In this document: in pieces, positions 27,615-37,788 of the stretch
How positions within the stretch are numbered: position 1 is the first letter of the stretch
Layout of the letters: each line of letters starts with the position of its first letter
Assembly: GCA_000431795.1 (NCBI GenBank)
Contig: FR887371.1
Span: 14,837-78,836, forward strand
Direction of reading: 5' to 3'
DNA length: 64,000 nucleotides
Origin: Clostridium sp. CAG:302
Lineage (GTDB): Bacteria; Bacillota_I; Bacilli_A; RF39; UBA660
Notes under the pieces: generated by a model
The model's input: only the letters and a program-made list of their open reading frames with translations
The model's database searches: none
Told to the model about the DNA's origin: nothing
Program-made: the position numbers and the translations under genes

Positions 27615-28324
27615 TTTTTCATCTCCCCACTTATACTAGTTATTACTATTGATATTGATACACTAAACATATAGTAAATACTCTTTAATGGTTTTATTGA
27701 AGAACTACCAAATTCCCTTTCATGCATTTCAACAGGTATTTCTTTAACTTTAAATCCTTTACTTATAAGTTCTACCGTTGATTCTGGTTCAGGATACTCC
27801 GTTGGATAGTGATCAGCAAACAATTTAATAACCTTTTTATCTCCTGCTCTAAATCCACTAGTAGGATCGTATATCTTTTTGCCAGTACATAATTTAATTA
27901 AGAAAGACAATATTTTAATTCCCATTCTTCTAGTACCAGTAGACTTAAACTTACTTAATTCACTTACAAACCTAGAACCAATAACAAAATTATTTCCTTT
28001 TTTTATCTCTTCTATCAAGTTATCTATATAATTTTCATCATGTTGTCCATCACCATCAAATTGAATAGCTATATCATAATCGTTTTTTAATGCATATTTG
28101 TATCCTGTTTGTACAGCACCACCAATACCAAGATTATGTACTAAATTAATAACATCATAATTGTTTTTTAAACATATTTCTCCAGTATTATCTTTACTGC
28201 CATCATTAATTATAATATAGTCTATCTCATTAGAAGATTTCTTTTTATACTTTTTTATTTTATTTATTGTATTTTCTATGTTTAACTCTTCATTATATGC
28301 TGGAATTATCATTAACACTTTCAT
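27611..28324 (-). CDS. GT2 polyprenyl-phosphate glycosyltransferase (GtrB/CsbB/ArnC-like)
   Basis: IIPAYNEE, INDGSKDNT and QFDGDGQHD (DxD). The start is set at the ATG at 28324, which follows the SD gaggt. Confidence 0.75.
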   Translation of the reverse strand: MKVLMIIPAYNEELNIENTINKIKKYKKKSSNEIDYIIINDGSKDNTGEICLKNNYDVINLVHNLGIGGAVQTGYKYALKNDYDIAIQFDGDGQHDENYIDNLIEEIKKGNNFVIGSRFVSELSKFKSTGTRRMGIKILSFLIKLCTGKKIYDPTSGFRAGDKKVIKLFADHYPTEYPEPESTVELISKGFKVKEIPVEMHEREFGSSSIKPLKSIYYMFSVSISIVITSISGEMKK

Positions 28325-29618
28325 TTCTTTTACCTCTTCTACTTTTATATATTTCACAAAAACTTAAAATACCAATACCAATAATTATATATCTTATAAA
28401 GAACATACTTATAGCATATCTACTAAAAGCAAATGTATAGGAATATATGGCTATTTGAGATCCATATGTTAATATTAAGAACAACCACTCTTTAATTCTC
28501 TTTTTATTTATAAAAATAAGTATTGAACTAATAACAAACAATATTATTTCAACTTTTCTTACTACATTTAATTGATTACCACTTATTCCCATAATAGTAT
28601 CCCAATAAAAGTAATTATCAAAATTTTGTAATGGTTTATAAATTAAATATGATTTAAGCATAGAGACCTTATCTTTATTCCACCATTCATGCATTCGATA
28701 TTTTGCTTTCAAGCCGTCATATTCTAATGAATAATACTTTGTCATATAATCTTTTTTATTAGGGTTTTGTAAATAGTATTTCATTTCAGCAGGCATTTTT
28801 TCATCAACATTTTTCACATAATCTAATTCTTCATCTGTAGGATAACCACTTCCCTGATATGTTCCTAAAAGCAGTGGATTACCTGTACCATATGTTAATG
28901 GAATAAAATGATTAAATATTTTATAGTTTCTATAAGTCCAAGGTATTAAACATAATAACAAAATAATTCCAGCAATTATACATTGCCTAATTAAAAGTTT
29001 AAAATTATATTTTTTTAATATTAAGAAAACAAACAGAAAAATAGGAAATATGCCTATAGTTGGACGTATAAATACTGCCAATATATAATAAATCACTATT
29101 AAAATAAAATCTTTTTTGTTCGCCTTCATAGATAATTTTAATGTATGATATATAAGTAAAGAAAATAGTAAAATATATGGTGTTTCAGTTAAAATTAAAT
29201 TATCCATCCAAATATAATCAGCAGCAAGAAAAAACAAGCATGAAATAGCAGCAATATATTGATTAGAATATAATTTAATAGTTTTATAAACAATATAAAT
29301 CGTTAACAATCCCATAACCAGCCATAATATTTTAAGAGAAATTATAAGCTTCGAACCAACACCAAATATTAGTGCCATAAATGCAATCAAAAATGTCATG
29401 CCTGGCATTATTTGTGCGGACAATACATCGTGCATTGTTATTTCACCAGTTTGTAAAAATACTATACCGCTTTTTATATAGTCAGCATCATCACTATTCA
29501 ATGAATAATTAAATCCTAATTCTTTTAAAGCTAAAATATGTAAAATTAATGATATAATTAACACAACCAAAATACACCAATTATCTAAAAACAAAGACTT
29601 TATCTTATTTTTCTGCAT
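28293..29618 (-). CDS. GT-C fold membrane glycosyltransferase (ArnT/PMT-like, GT39/GT83)
   Basis: 441 aa and polytopic. An N-terminal acidic loop (NSDDADYIKSG) follows TM1, as in ArnT/PMT_2 proteins. Confidence 0.6.
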   Translation of the reverse strand: MQKNKIKSLFLDNWCILVVLIISLILHILALKELGFNYSLNSDDADYIKSGIVFLQTGEITMHDVLSAQIMPGMTFLIAFMALIFGVGSKLIISLKILWLVMGLLTIYIVYKTIKLYSNQYIAAISCLFFLAADYIWMDNLILTETPYILLFSLLIYHTLKLSMKANKKDFILIVIYYILAVFIRPTIGIFPIFLFVFLILKKYNFKLLIRQCIIAGIILLLCLIPWTYRNYKIFNHFIPLTYGTGNPLLLGTYQGSGYPTDEELDYVKNVDEKMPAEMKYYLQNPNKKDYMTKYYSLEYDGLKAKYRMHEWWNKDKVSMLKSYLIYKPLQNFDNYFYWDTIMGISGNQLNVVRKVEIILFVISSILIFINKKRIKEWLFLILTYGSQIAIYSYTFAFSRYAISMFFIRYIIIGIGILSFCEIYKSRRGKRNESVNDNSSI

Positions 29619-29625
29619 ATCTAAC

Positions 29626-30336
29626 TCACCTATACTTTTTTATTCTAAATAAAAATTTAACATTGCTATCATAAAATCTTTTTAATCTTTTTGGTTCTTT
29701 CATAATTCTGTATAACCATTCTAGATTTAATTTAATAAATATTTTAGGTGCCCTTTTTTTCATACCACTCATTACATCAAAAGAACCGCCAACACCAACA
29801 AATATACCTTTTTTAAATCTATTTAAATGTTTATATATTAACATTTCTTGAAGCGGAATACCAAGTGCTACAAGAACTATATCAGGCTCAAGCTTTACAA
29901 TTTCATCAAATACCTTATCTTTATCAGCAACATACCCATTAGAAGTACCAACTAGTTTTAAATTAGGATATTGTTCTTTAATAACTATTTTCATTGAATC
30001 AATAACTTCTTGCTTAGAACCAAATAAATAAATACTCTTTTTTTGTTCATTACCAAACTTTAATAATTCATTTGCAATATCTATTCCAGTAATTCTCTCT
30101 TCAATGTTATACCCAATCTTTTTACCAGCCTTCAATACACCTATACCATCTGGTACCATAACCGTTTCTTTATCTAATAACATTTTTCTTACATCTTCAT
30201 TTTTTTCACTAATCATAAATGTTTCAGGATTAGCGGTAATAACAAATGTTTTCTTATTATTTTTTAAATTATCACTTAAAATTTCATAAAAAGATTGTGC
30301 ACTCTTTTTATATAATTTATCAAATAGTTTTCTCAT
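29626..30336 (-). CDS. tagA: WecG/TagA/CpsF-family glycosyltransferase (N-acetylmannosaminyltransferase)
   Basis: Motifs PDGIGVL, LGIPLQE and GVGGSFDV. Confidence 0.85.
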   Translation of the reverse strand: MRKLFDKLYKKSAQSFYEILSDNLKNNKKTFVITANPETFMISEKNEDVRKMLLDKETVMVPDGIGVLKAGKKIGYNIEERITGIDIANELLKFGNEQKKSIYLFGSKQEVIDSMKIVIKEQYPNLKLVGTSNGYVADKDKVFDEIVKLEPDIVLVALGIPLQEMLIYKHLNRFKKGIFVGVGGSFDVMSGMKKRAPKIFIKLNLEWLYRIMKEPKRLKRFYDSNVKFLFRIKKYR

Positions 30337-30395
30337 CTATTCACCTCTTAGTTCCTATAACAATAGTATACCATTATTATATATTTTTTTTAATA

Positions 30396-33116
30396 TTATT
30401 TTAGAATTTTTTCCCAAATATTAACTATTTTTTCTTTAGAAAATTCATTTGCTTTGTTTTTAGCCTCTATTCCCAATTCATTTCTTAGTTTAGAATCATT
30501 AATTACTTTTTCGATTTTTTCTATATATTCTTCTTCATTTCTATTTTTAATAATATAACCATTTTTATTATTATCAATTATATCATTAACTCCACTAGCA
30601 ATTTCATAAGCTATACAAGGTATACCATAACTCATAGCCTCTAAAAGTACCATTGGAAGTCCTTCTGTTTCAGAAGCCATTAAAAATAAACTAGATTTTA
30701 ACATATATTCTTCAATTTCTTCTTTGTTTTTATAACCAGTAAGTATAATTCTATCATTCATATTTAAATCATTAATTAACTTATTAAGATTATTAAATTC
30801 TTTACCATCGCCAATGATATATAATTTCCAATCATTTTCTTTTATTTTAGAAAAAGCTTTAATAATATCATCATTTCTTTTACCGTAATCTAATCTGCTT
30901 ATAGTTATAATATTCTTTTTATCTAGTTTACTTTGTTTACTAGGTATATAATATAACATATTAGGTACCAAAACTACTTTAGTATGTTTATTCTTAATTA
31001 AAAACTTTTTATAATCTTTTTCTAAAGTCTTAGTAAGAGCAAATAAAAAATCTATATTATAATATTTATTTTTTAATATATTAATATATCTTTTATTATT
31101 ATTATGATAATGATGTTCTTGTGCTATTTTAACTGAATTATCATTACCATATTTACTAAGTAAAGCACTAAAATCATATCTAGTGGAAACTATATATTTA
31201 CTATCACAATTTTTTATATAGTTAATTACTCTAATTTTCTTTTTCGTTAATATACTAACAGACCTTATACCCTCTTTTAATATATTAAATATTTTATGAT
31301 TATGAAAAGCATCTAAGAATTCTTCTTTATTTGGACCACCATCATATAAATATTTAACTTTAATTTTATCATTAAGTCTATTAGCTTGTGTCTTACTTAG
31401 TTTATAAAATGACATAATTTCAATATCGTAATCATCACATAAACTATTTGCAGTATTAATTGTAGCACTTTCTATACCACCATAACCTAGATGTAATAGC
31501 AAGAAACTTATTTTATTATCATTAATATTAATTTGATTTCGTTTTACTCCATTATATAGACCAACTAACAATAAAGACAAAATACAAGTGGTAAGAAATA
31601 TTCCAAAAACATGACCAGCCAATATAGAAGATAAAATCATATAAGCAGAGGCAAGTAAAAATGAACAAGTAAATATATTAATTTTTTTCTTAAAATGTAT
31701 AAGTAATGAGACTAAACTAAATGCAAAAATAGCGACAAATGGTATTGTAACCAAAAACATGCCAATTTTTCCAAGCCAAACTTCTTGTCCAATAAAGTCT
31801 CTCTCTAGATATGGAAAATTAGAAGAATACCCTATTCCTAACCACTTATCTATTTTATCATCATGCTTATTTAATATATCCTCATACATACTCTTTTTAA
31901 ATCCTCTATAATTAGTCAAAAAAGAAGTATCTTGTTTAATTGTATCAAACCAAAAATTGAAGTTCTCCTTAACTGGATAAAACTCAACATATGTCTCAGG
32001 AACACTAAACTTTTGAGGACATTTTTCAATACATAGTGATAAATACTCTTTTTCACTATTATCAATATTTTCTTTTTTTAATATAGCATCTAGAGATAAA
32101 TTATATTTATCACTTAACTCATCTATCAAATAATCACATTCTGAATTCACTGAAGGCACATCATTATCCGTATTATTATTTATATTAGTTATATATCCCT
32201 GCATTTTATATTTTACAGGTGAATAACTAAAAAGAAATAATATAAAGCAGAATTCTAATACAAAGAACAAACATCTTATTTTTAATACTTTTTTCTTGTT
32301 AAAAATATACTCTATCATTGCATAAACAAATATTGATAAAATAGAAAAAGTAATAGCAAAAAAGGCTGTCTTTGTAGATAACATTAATGCTGCAATTAAT
32401 TTAATTAAAAATGACAAATAATATTTGCAATCATTTTTTAATAATGTATAAAAAGCAGATATAAAAAGCAAAGATCCCAGTATAGCAGAGAGTTGATTAG
32501 TTGAATAAAATAATCCTTTTGATGTATATAAATCAACATCATTAATATTAATGCCATTAAACCAGCTAAATATATTACCTATTATAGTAACATTTCCTTC
32601 ATAGTTAGAAGAATACCCAACATATGAAAACTTAAAAACATTGCTAATAACTATTATTAAACTAAATATTAAACTAATTTTTGATAAAGTACCCATTATA
32701 TCTATCGTTTTAAGATTAGATTTCATGTATACAAACAAGACAATCAAAGGTAAAATATAAGCCCTAACAACATAATATAGTTCTACAATCGTTGATATAT
32801 TTTCATTAATATATATAAAATTTTCAAAGGATAAAATATGCAAAACATGAAGGAATATATATATTCCATAAACAATTATTATTGGAATTATTTTTTTAGA
32901 AAATATTTTTTTGTTTTCTTGTTTACTTTTAAAAAACAACAAGACAAACAAAATAAAAGTAAATAAAAAGTTAATCAATTCAACAAAGGAAAAACCAAAT
33001 AATTGAAATTTGTTACCTACTGTTGAACGATAAATATCCATGAATGGAAGTAAAAAACTAAGTAATAAAATATATTTATCATAATTTTTCTTTTTCATTC
33101 TTATCATCCCTAACAT
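30396..33116 (-). CDS. Fusion protein: N-terminal polytopic O-antigen polymerase/ligase-like domain plus C-terminal GT4 glycosyltransferase
   Basis: Residues 1-520 contain about 12 TM helices with one large loop. Residues 540-906 are a GT-B/GT4 domain (LGYGGIESAT, SETEGLPMVLLEAMSYGIP, NGYII). Confidence 0.6.
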   Translation of the reverse strand: MLGMIRMKKKNYDKYILLLSFLLPFMDIYRSTVGNKFQLFGFSFVELINFLFTFILFVLLFFKSKQENKKIFSKKIIPIIIVYGIYIFLHVLHILSFENFIYINENISTIVELYYVVRAYILPLIVLFVYMKSNLKTIDIMGTLSKISLIFSLIIVISNVFKFSYVGYSSNYEGNVTIIGNIFSWFNGININDVDLYTSKGLFYSTNQLSAILGSLLFISAFYTLLKNDCKYYLSFLIKLIAALMLSTKTAFFAITFSILSIFVYAMIEYIFNKKKVLKIRCLFFVLEFCFILFLFSYSPVKYKMQGYITNINNNTDNDVPSVNSECDYLIDELSDKYNLSLDAILKKENIDNSEKEYLSLCIEKCPQKFSVPETYVEFYPVKENFNFWFDTIKQDTSFLTNYRGFKKSMYEDILNKHDDKIDKWLGIGYSSNFPYLERDFIGQEVWLGKIGMFLVTIPFVAIFAFSLVSLLIHFKKKINIFTCSFLLASAYMILSSILAGHVFGIFLTTCILSLLLVGLYNGVKRNQININDNKISFLLLHLGYGGIESATINTANSLCDDYDIEIMSFYKLSKTQANRLNDKIKVKYLYDGGPNKEEFLDAFHNHKIFNILKEGIRSVSILTKKKIRVINYIKNCDSKYIVSTRYDFSALLSKYGNDNSVKIAQEHHYHNNNKRYINILKNKYYNIDFLFALTKTLEKDYKKFLIKNKHTKVVLVPNMLYYIPSKQSKLDKKNIITISRLDYGKRNDDIIKAFSKIKENDWKLYIIGDGKEFNNLNKLINDLNMNDRIILTGYKNKEEIEEYMLKSSLFLMASETEGLPMVLLEAMSYGIPCIAYEIASGVNDIIDNNKNGYIIKNRNEEEYIEKIEKVINDSKLRNELGIEAKNKANEFSKEKIVNIWEKILK

Positions 33117-34078
33117 TAATTCTTTTTTATTTTAAATATAAAATTAATAATACCATACTGCTTTTTTAATAACAACTTATATATAATTTTTCGATTTTTA
33201 TCCAATTGTGACAAATAACTATTACTTTTAAAATTTGGAAAATTATCATTCATATAACATAATAACTTATCAATAGTTTCTAATTTTATATTCTTATCTG
33301 CTTCAGATCTAATTATTCTAACAATAGCGGATATATATATATGATCAATAGCCAAAAACTCTATAATTTCCTTATTATCATCATACATAGAGCTTTTTAA
33401 TATACTATCAAAAGCTTCTAAAATCTCAAGATTTCTTAAAACATTAGAATTATTCATCGTTGATCCTTCTCTTATTAAATAATCATACAAAGGTTCATTT
33501 ACATACCCAATCCTATTTGCCTTACATATTACATTAATAGAAAAATCAAAATCTTCATACCATACTTTACTTCTAAAAGATAGGTCATCAAGAATAGATT
33601 TTTTATATATTTTATTCCATACTGCTTTTTTTCCCAACAAAGCATTAATTTTATTATCTTCATAATTAATATGTTCTAAATCTATTTTTTTATTTTTATA
33701 ATCTTCACTAACATTATAATTTCCACATATAACTATATCCAAATCATCATCTACAGCTTTTTTATATAGTTTTTCAAACATTTGAGGTTCAACAAAATCA
33801 TCTGAATCAACATAACCAATATACTTTCCATTAGCTTTTGATAATCCATAATTTCTTGCAGAGCCTTGTCCTCCATTTTCTGTTATATATGATTTTATAT
33901 TTTTATATTTCTTAGCATAATCATCAATGATTTTTTGACTATTATCTTTTGAGCCATCATTAACAACTATTATTTCAATATCTTTAAGTGTTTGTGAGAC
34001 CAAACTTTTTAAACATTTATCAATATATTTTTCCACTCCATACACAGGAACTATTACACTAACACTATATTTTATCAT
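33116..34078 (-). CDS. GT2 glycosyltransferase
   Basis: Motifs VSVIVPVYGVEKYI, VNDGSKDNS and VDSDDF. Confidence 0.85.
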   Translation of the reverse strand: MIKYSVSVIVPVYGVEKYIDKCLKSLVSQTLKDIEIIVVNDGSKDNSQKIIDDYAKKYKNIKSYITENGGQGSARNYGLSKANGKYIGYVDSDDFVEPQMFEKLYKKAVDDDLDIVICGNYNVSEDYKNKKIDLEHINYEDNKINALLGKKAVWNKIYKKSILDDLSFRSKVWYEDFDFSINVICKANRIGYVNEPLYDYLIREGSTMNNSNVLRNLEILEAFDSILKSSMYDDNKEIIEFLAIDHIYISAIVRIIRSEADKNIKLETIDKLLCYMNDNFPNFKSNSYLSQLDKNRKIIYKLLLKKQYGIINFIFKIKKN

Positions 34079-35208
34079 TATTTTTCATCTCCAATCATTT
34101 TTTCAATATTTTTTATTTGGCTTTCGATAGAAAAATTCTTTGAATAACAAATAGCTTCTCTGCTAAATTTATTATACAATTTAGTATCAGCCATCAATAA
34201 TTCTATTTTACTTACAAATTCTTCAATATTATTAGCTATAAATCCACATTGCTCATCATTAGATATTTCTAGTGCTCCACCAACATTTGTAGAAACAAAT
34301 GGTACACCTAAAGTAATAGCTTCCACAAATATTGTCGGAAAGCCTTCACTATAAGAGCAACCTATCACTATATGTGCATTCTTAATATATGGATATGGAT
34401 TTTTTTGATATCCAAGTATATCAATATATTTTTCAATTTTTAATTCAGAAATTCTCTTATTCATTTGCTCCAACAAATCACCTTTTCCAATAAATTGCAT
34501 TTTAAAATCATATCCAGCATCAACTAGTTTTTTAGCAACTTCAATTGCAAATAAAGGATTTTTATTGTTATCAAATCTATTGATAAATAAAATTGTCTTC
34601 TTTTTATTTTTCACTTCAAAACTTGTAGACTTATCTATTATATTTTGTATATTAAATCCATTGTTAATAAGAACTATTTTATTCTTATATTCGGGAAAAA
34701 CTTCTAATAGTGATTTCTTTGTATTATTAGAAATTGCTACAATTTTATTTACATTTTTAAAGCTTTTCTTTTGAGCAATATAATTTAGTTTATCATTATT
34801 CAAATCATAAACATCACCATGAACCCAAGCATAAGTTTTACACTTTTTATCAAGTAAAAAGGTAGGAATTAAATAATTAAAAGATATTTGCATATCATAA
34901 TTATTTTTTATATATTTTTTCCTTAAATAATAAGGAAAAACATATAAAAGAATCTTATATAAAATTTTTTTTAAAATACTATCATTATCAGCATCAATTA
35001 TAGGTTCAAGTAAAGTTACATTATCATTAATTTCTTCATTATTAATATTAGTATGCCAATACTCAATAATATCAATATCATACCTATTTTTATCTAAATT
35101 ATTTACTATATTAGCAAGCACTCTTTCAGCACCACCTCCGTAAGTAAATGACCAAATTATAAATAATATCTTTTTCTTTTTCATTTTTAACATCCTATTC
35201 AAATTCAA
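34078..35208 (-). CDS. GT4 (GT-B) glycosyltransferase
   Basis: Motifs GGAERVL and SYSEGFPTIFVEAITLGVP. Confidence 0.8.
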   Translation of the reverse strand: MNLNRMLKMKKKKILFIIWSFTYGGGAERVLANIVNNLDKNRYDIDIIEYWHTNINNEEINDNVTLLEPIIDADNDSILKKILYKILLYVFPYYLRKKYIKNNYDMQISFNYLIPTFLLDKKCKTYAWVHGDVYDLNNDKLNYIAQKKSFKNVNKIVAISNNTKKSLLEVFPEYKNKIVLINNGFNIQNIIDKSTSFEVKNKKKTILFINRFDNNKNPLFAIEVAKKLVDAGYDFKMQFIGKGDLLEQMNKRISELKIEKYIDILGYQKNPYPYIKNAHIVIGCSYSEGFPTIFVEAITLGVPFVSTNVGGALEISNDEQCGFIANNIEEFVSKIELLMADTKLYNKFSREAICYSKNFSIESQIKNIEKMIGDEK

Positions 35209-36250
35209 CTGTTTCCTTTACATCATTATTTATTTCATATGGAAAATCATATAAATAATCTTTTAATTTTTCTTCAATAATTCTACTCTCTTCCAGATAC
35301 TCTTTTTTTCTAAACAATTGTGTGTTCTTAATTGATATATCAGGATTAAATCTTGATTTTTTATTTACATGATCTTTCTCAGTAAAGCCCAAAAATTTTG
35401 TTATTTCTTTTACTTTATTTTCATAATCATAAATTAGATCTTCAAACTTTACTCTATACACCTTATTTGAATTGCATTTTTTTTCACTTTCACGCATTTT
35501 TTTATAAAAATCACAAAATTCATTCACTTCTAATGGAAAAGGTACACATAATTGTCTTGCTTGCCATATATACTTATTAATAATAAATACATCTCTAGGA
35601 TCTCTTTCAACTACTATTACTCTTAATTTATCATCAAAATAATTATTTACTCTAAATAAATTAAATGGTAATAGGAATTGATCTAATATAATATTTTCTT
35701 TACCTTTAGCTATTTCTTTAATTATCTTATATATATATTCATTTGAATACTTATAAAATTCTTTATCTTTAATATATGAAATTCTCATTCCATCGGAATA
35801 TTTAAGTACTTTATTAAATCTAATCTTATTCAAAGTAAACATTTTTAGTGGCTTTCTAATCAACAATTTAATAAACATTTTTGCATTAACTTCTTCATGC
35901 ATATACCAATATCCAGAATAATTAAATTGTTGAATATTTTTTATAAAATCATCAGTTATTTTCATAAAGTTAGGACTAATAATTTTTTTATAATTTCCTA
36001 CCCACCAATATTTTTTATCGTATAATTTCTTCATTTGTAGTTCAAAACTTCTTATAGCCTCATCACTTCTAATTGCATTATTACCTATTAATAATTTATC
36101 TTCTAAGTCGAAAAGTCCATTCGGACAATGTAATAATACATATTCATAACTCTTATATTCATTTTGACAATCCTTAAACTCTGCAACTAAATCCGTAATA
36201 GCAGAACTTCCACTTCCCATATAGCCAGTAGGAACTATGATTCTTTTCAT
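35195..36250 (-). CDS. Sulfotransferase-fold protein (putative PAPS-dependent)
   Basis: An N-terminal P-loop-like GYMGSGSSAITDL (5'-PSB-like), VVERDPRDVFI (3'-PB R.P.D motif) and the C-terminal VKFEDLIYDYENKVKEITKFLGF (the sulfotransferase-typical YEDL....FLG tail). Confidence 0.55.
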   Translation of the reverse strand: MKRIIVPTGYMGSGSSAITDLVAEFKDCQNEYKSYEYVLLHCPNGLFDLEDKLLIGNNAIRSDEAIRSFELQMKKLYDKKYWWVGNYKKIISPNFMKITDDFIKNIQQFNYSGYWYMHEEVNAKMFIKLLIRKPLKMFTLNKIRFNKVLKYSDGMRISYIKDKEFYKYSNEYIYKIIKEIAKGKENIILDQFLLPFNLFRVNNYFDDKLRVIVVERDPRDVFIINKYIWQARQLCVPFPLEVNEFCDFYKKMRESEKKCNSNKVYRVKFEDLIYDYENKVKEITKFLGFTEKDHVNKKSRFNPDISIKNTQLFRKKEYLEESRIIEEKLKDYLYDFPYEINNDVKETVEFE

Positions 36251-37719
36251 TTTTTATCACCTTTTCCAATCTTAAATTTAAACTTACTTAAAATAAATAT
36301 TAAATTATTATCTTTTGTCAATAACAAAACGCCAAAATATAAAATGATACAAGCGGCCACAATCAAGCAAAGATTTACAACAAAGCTCAAATTAAAAGTT
36401 CTGATTATTAATGAAAGTGGTATAAAAAGTATACCTATTATCAAATAAAGTAAATTTCTTTTTGTAAATATTTCTACATTTAAATTCATTTTTTTTCTTG
36501 CGTAAATATAATGACAAATGAATACAATAATTTCTGAAATACCTGTAGTTATCATTGCAGTTGAAGGATTCAAAATATCAAAAAAGACTAATAAATAATT
36601 CATAATCAAATTCAATGCTCCACAGCTAAGTGAAACTTTTAATATTCTATCCTCTCTATCATTTGGATACATAACCAAATTATTCATAACTGATTCTAGA
36701 CTAACAAATATCCTAACCATACTTGCAATCATAAGAGGAATAACCGCTGTAACATATTTTTCTCCTGCATATAATGCAATAATTTCTTTAGCAAGAACAA
36801 ATATACCAAAACACATTGGAACTATTATAAATAATAATGAAGAAATAGAATTATTTAATTTCTCTTCATACTTCTCCTTACCTTCATTTCTTAAAATATA
36901 TGACATTCTGGGAATTGATACAAATATTATAGAATAAGGAATAGAAGCTAATGTAGACACAACATAATAAGGAATATAATATAGTGTAACAGAAACATCA
37001 TCAACATATTTTCCAAGCATAACTTTATCAAGCTGACTATATAATAAATCAAGGTTAGAAATAATTAAAACCGCTATTAATGGTTTAATATATTTTTTAA
37101 GTTTAAATTCCGAAAAATCAAATTTAATTTTTTTCTTTGAATATATAAAACTAATTATATTATTTAATAATATAGTTAAGCAAACTATTATCGCATATAA
37201 AATAACATCATCAGGCTTTCTTACAAATAATAATAAAGCAATAAAATAAATAATCTTAACAATAACAGATTTTATAGTAATAAATTTATAATTTTCTAAA
37301 GCCTCATTAACAAATTCTACATAAAACACATTAGCAACTATTTGTATTATCATTATCATATATAATGATGTTGCTATCCCACTCGAAGAGAATATAACAT
37401 AAAGTAAATATATAATTAATACTAATATATTAGAAAAAAGAGAAATCAAAAACAAATTACTAAAAAGTTTAGAAGTAGCTTTTTTATCATTCCTAATTCT
37501 ACTAATTTCTCTAACTCCATAATTATAAACTCCAAAAGAGGCAAATGCTAAAAAAATCTGAAACTCAGATAATACTCTATTATAAGTTCCATATAAATTA
37601 ACATCTAACAATCTTACAATGTAAGGGCCTATTATTATAGGAATAACTATATTTACCAAACTAAGTATAGATTTATAAATTGTATTTTTAAATAAAGTAT
37701 TTTTCTTCATCTTAGGCAC
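36247..37719 (-). CDS. Wzx-type oligosaccharide flippase (MOP/PST family), copy 1
   Basis: 490 aa with about 12-14 TM helices. The N-terminus is typical of polysaccharide biosynthesis proteins. Confidence 0.7.
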   Translation of the reverse strand: MPKMKKNTLFKNTIYKSILSLVNIVIPIIIGPYIVRLLDVNLYGTYNRVLSEFQIFLAFASFGVYNYGVREISRIRNDKKATSKLFSNLFLISLFSNILVLIIYLLYVIFSSSGIATSLYMIMIIQIVANVFYVEFVNEALENYKFITIKSVIVKIIYFIALLLFVRKPDDVILYAIIVCLTILLNNIISFIYSKKKIKFDFSEFKLKKYIKPLIAVLIISNLDLLYSQLDKVMLGKYVDDVSVTLYYIPYYVVSTLASIPYSIIFVSIPRMSYILRNEGKEKYEEKLNNSISSLLFIIVPMCFGIFVLAKEIIALYAGEKYVTAVIPLMIASMVRIFVSLESVMNNLVMYPNDREDRILKVSLSCGALNLIMNYLLVFFDILNPSTAMITTGISEIIVFICHYIYARKKMNLNVEIFTKRNLLYLIIGILFIPLSLIIRTFNLSFVVNLCLIVAACIILYFGVLLLTKDNNLIFILSKFKFKIGKGDKK

Positions 37720-37788
37720 CAGCTTTCTATTAAATTATACTATAAAAAGCCATTATTATCAAGGTAATAGAAAAAAGAATATCATATT

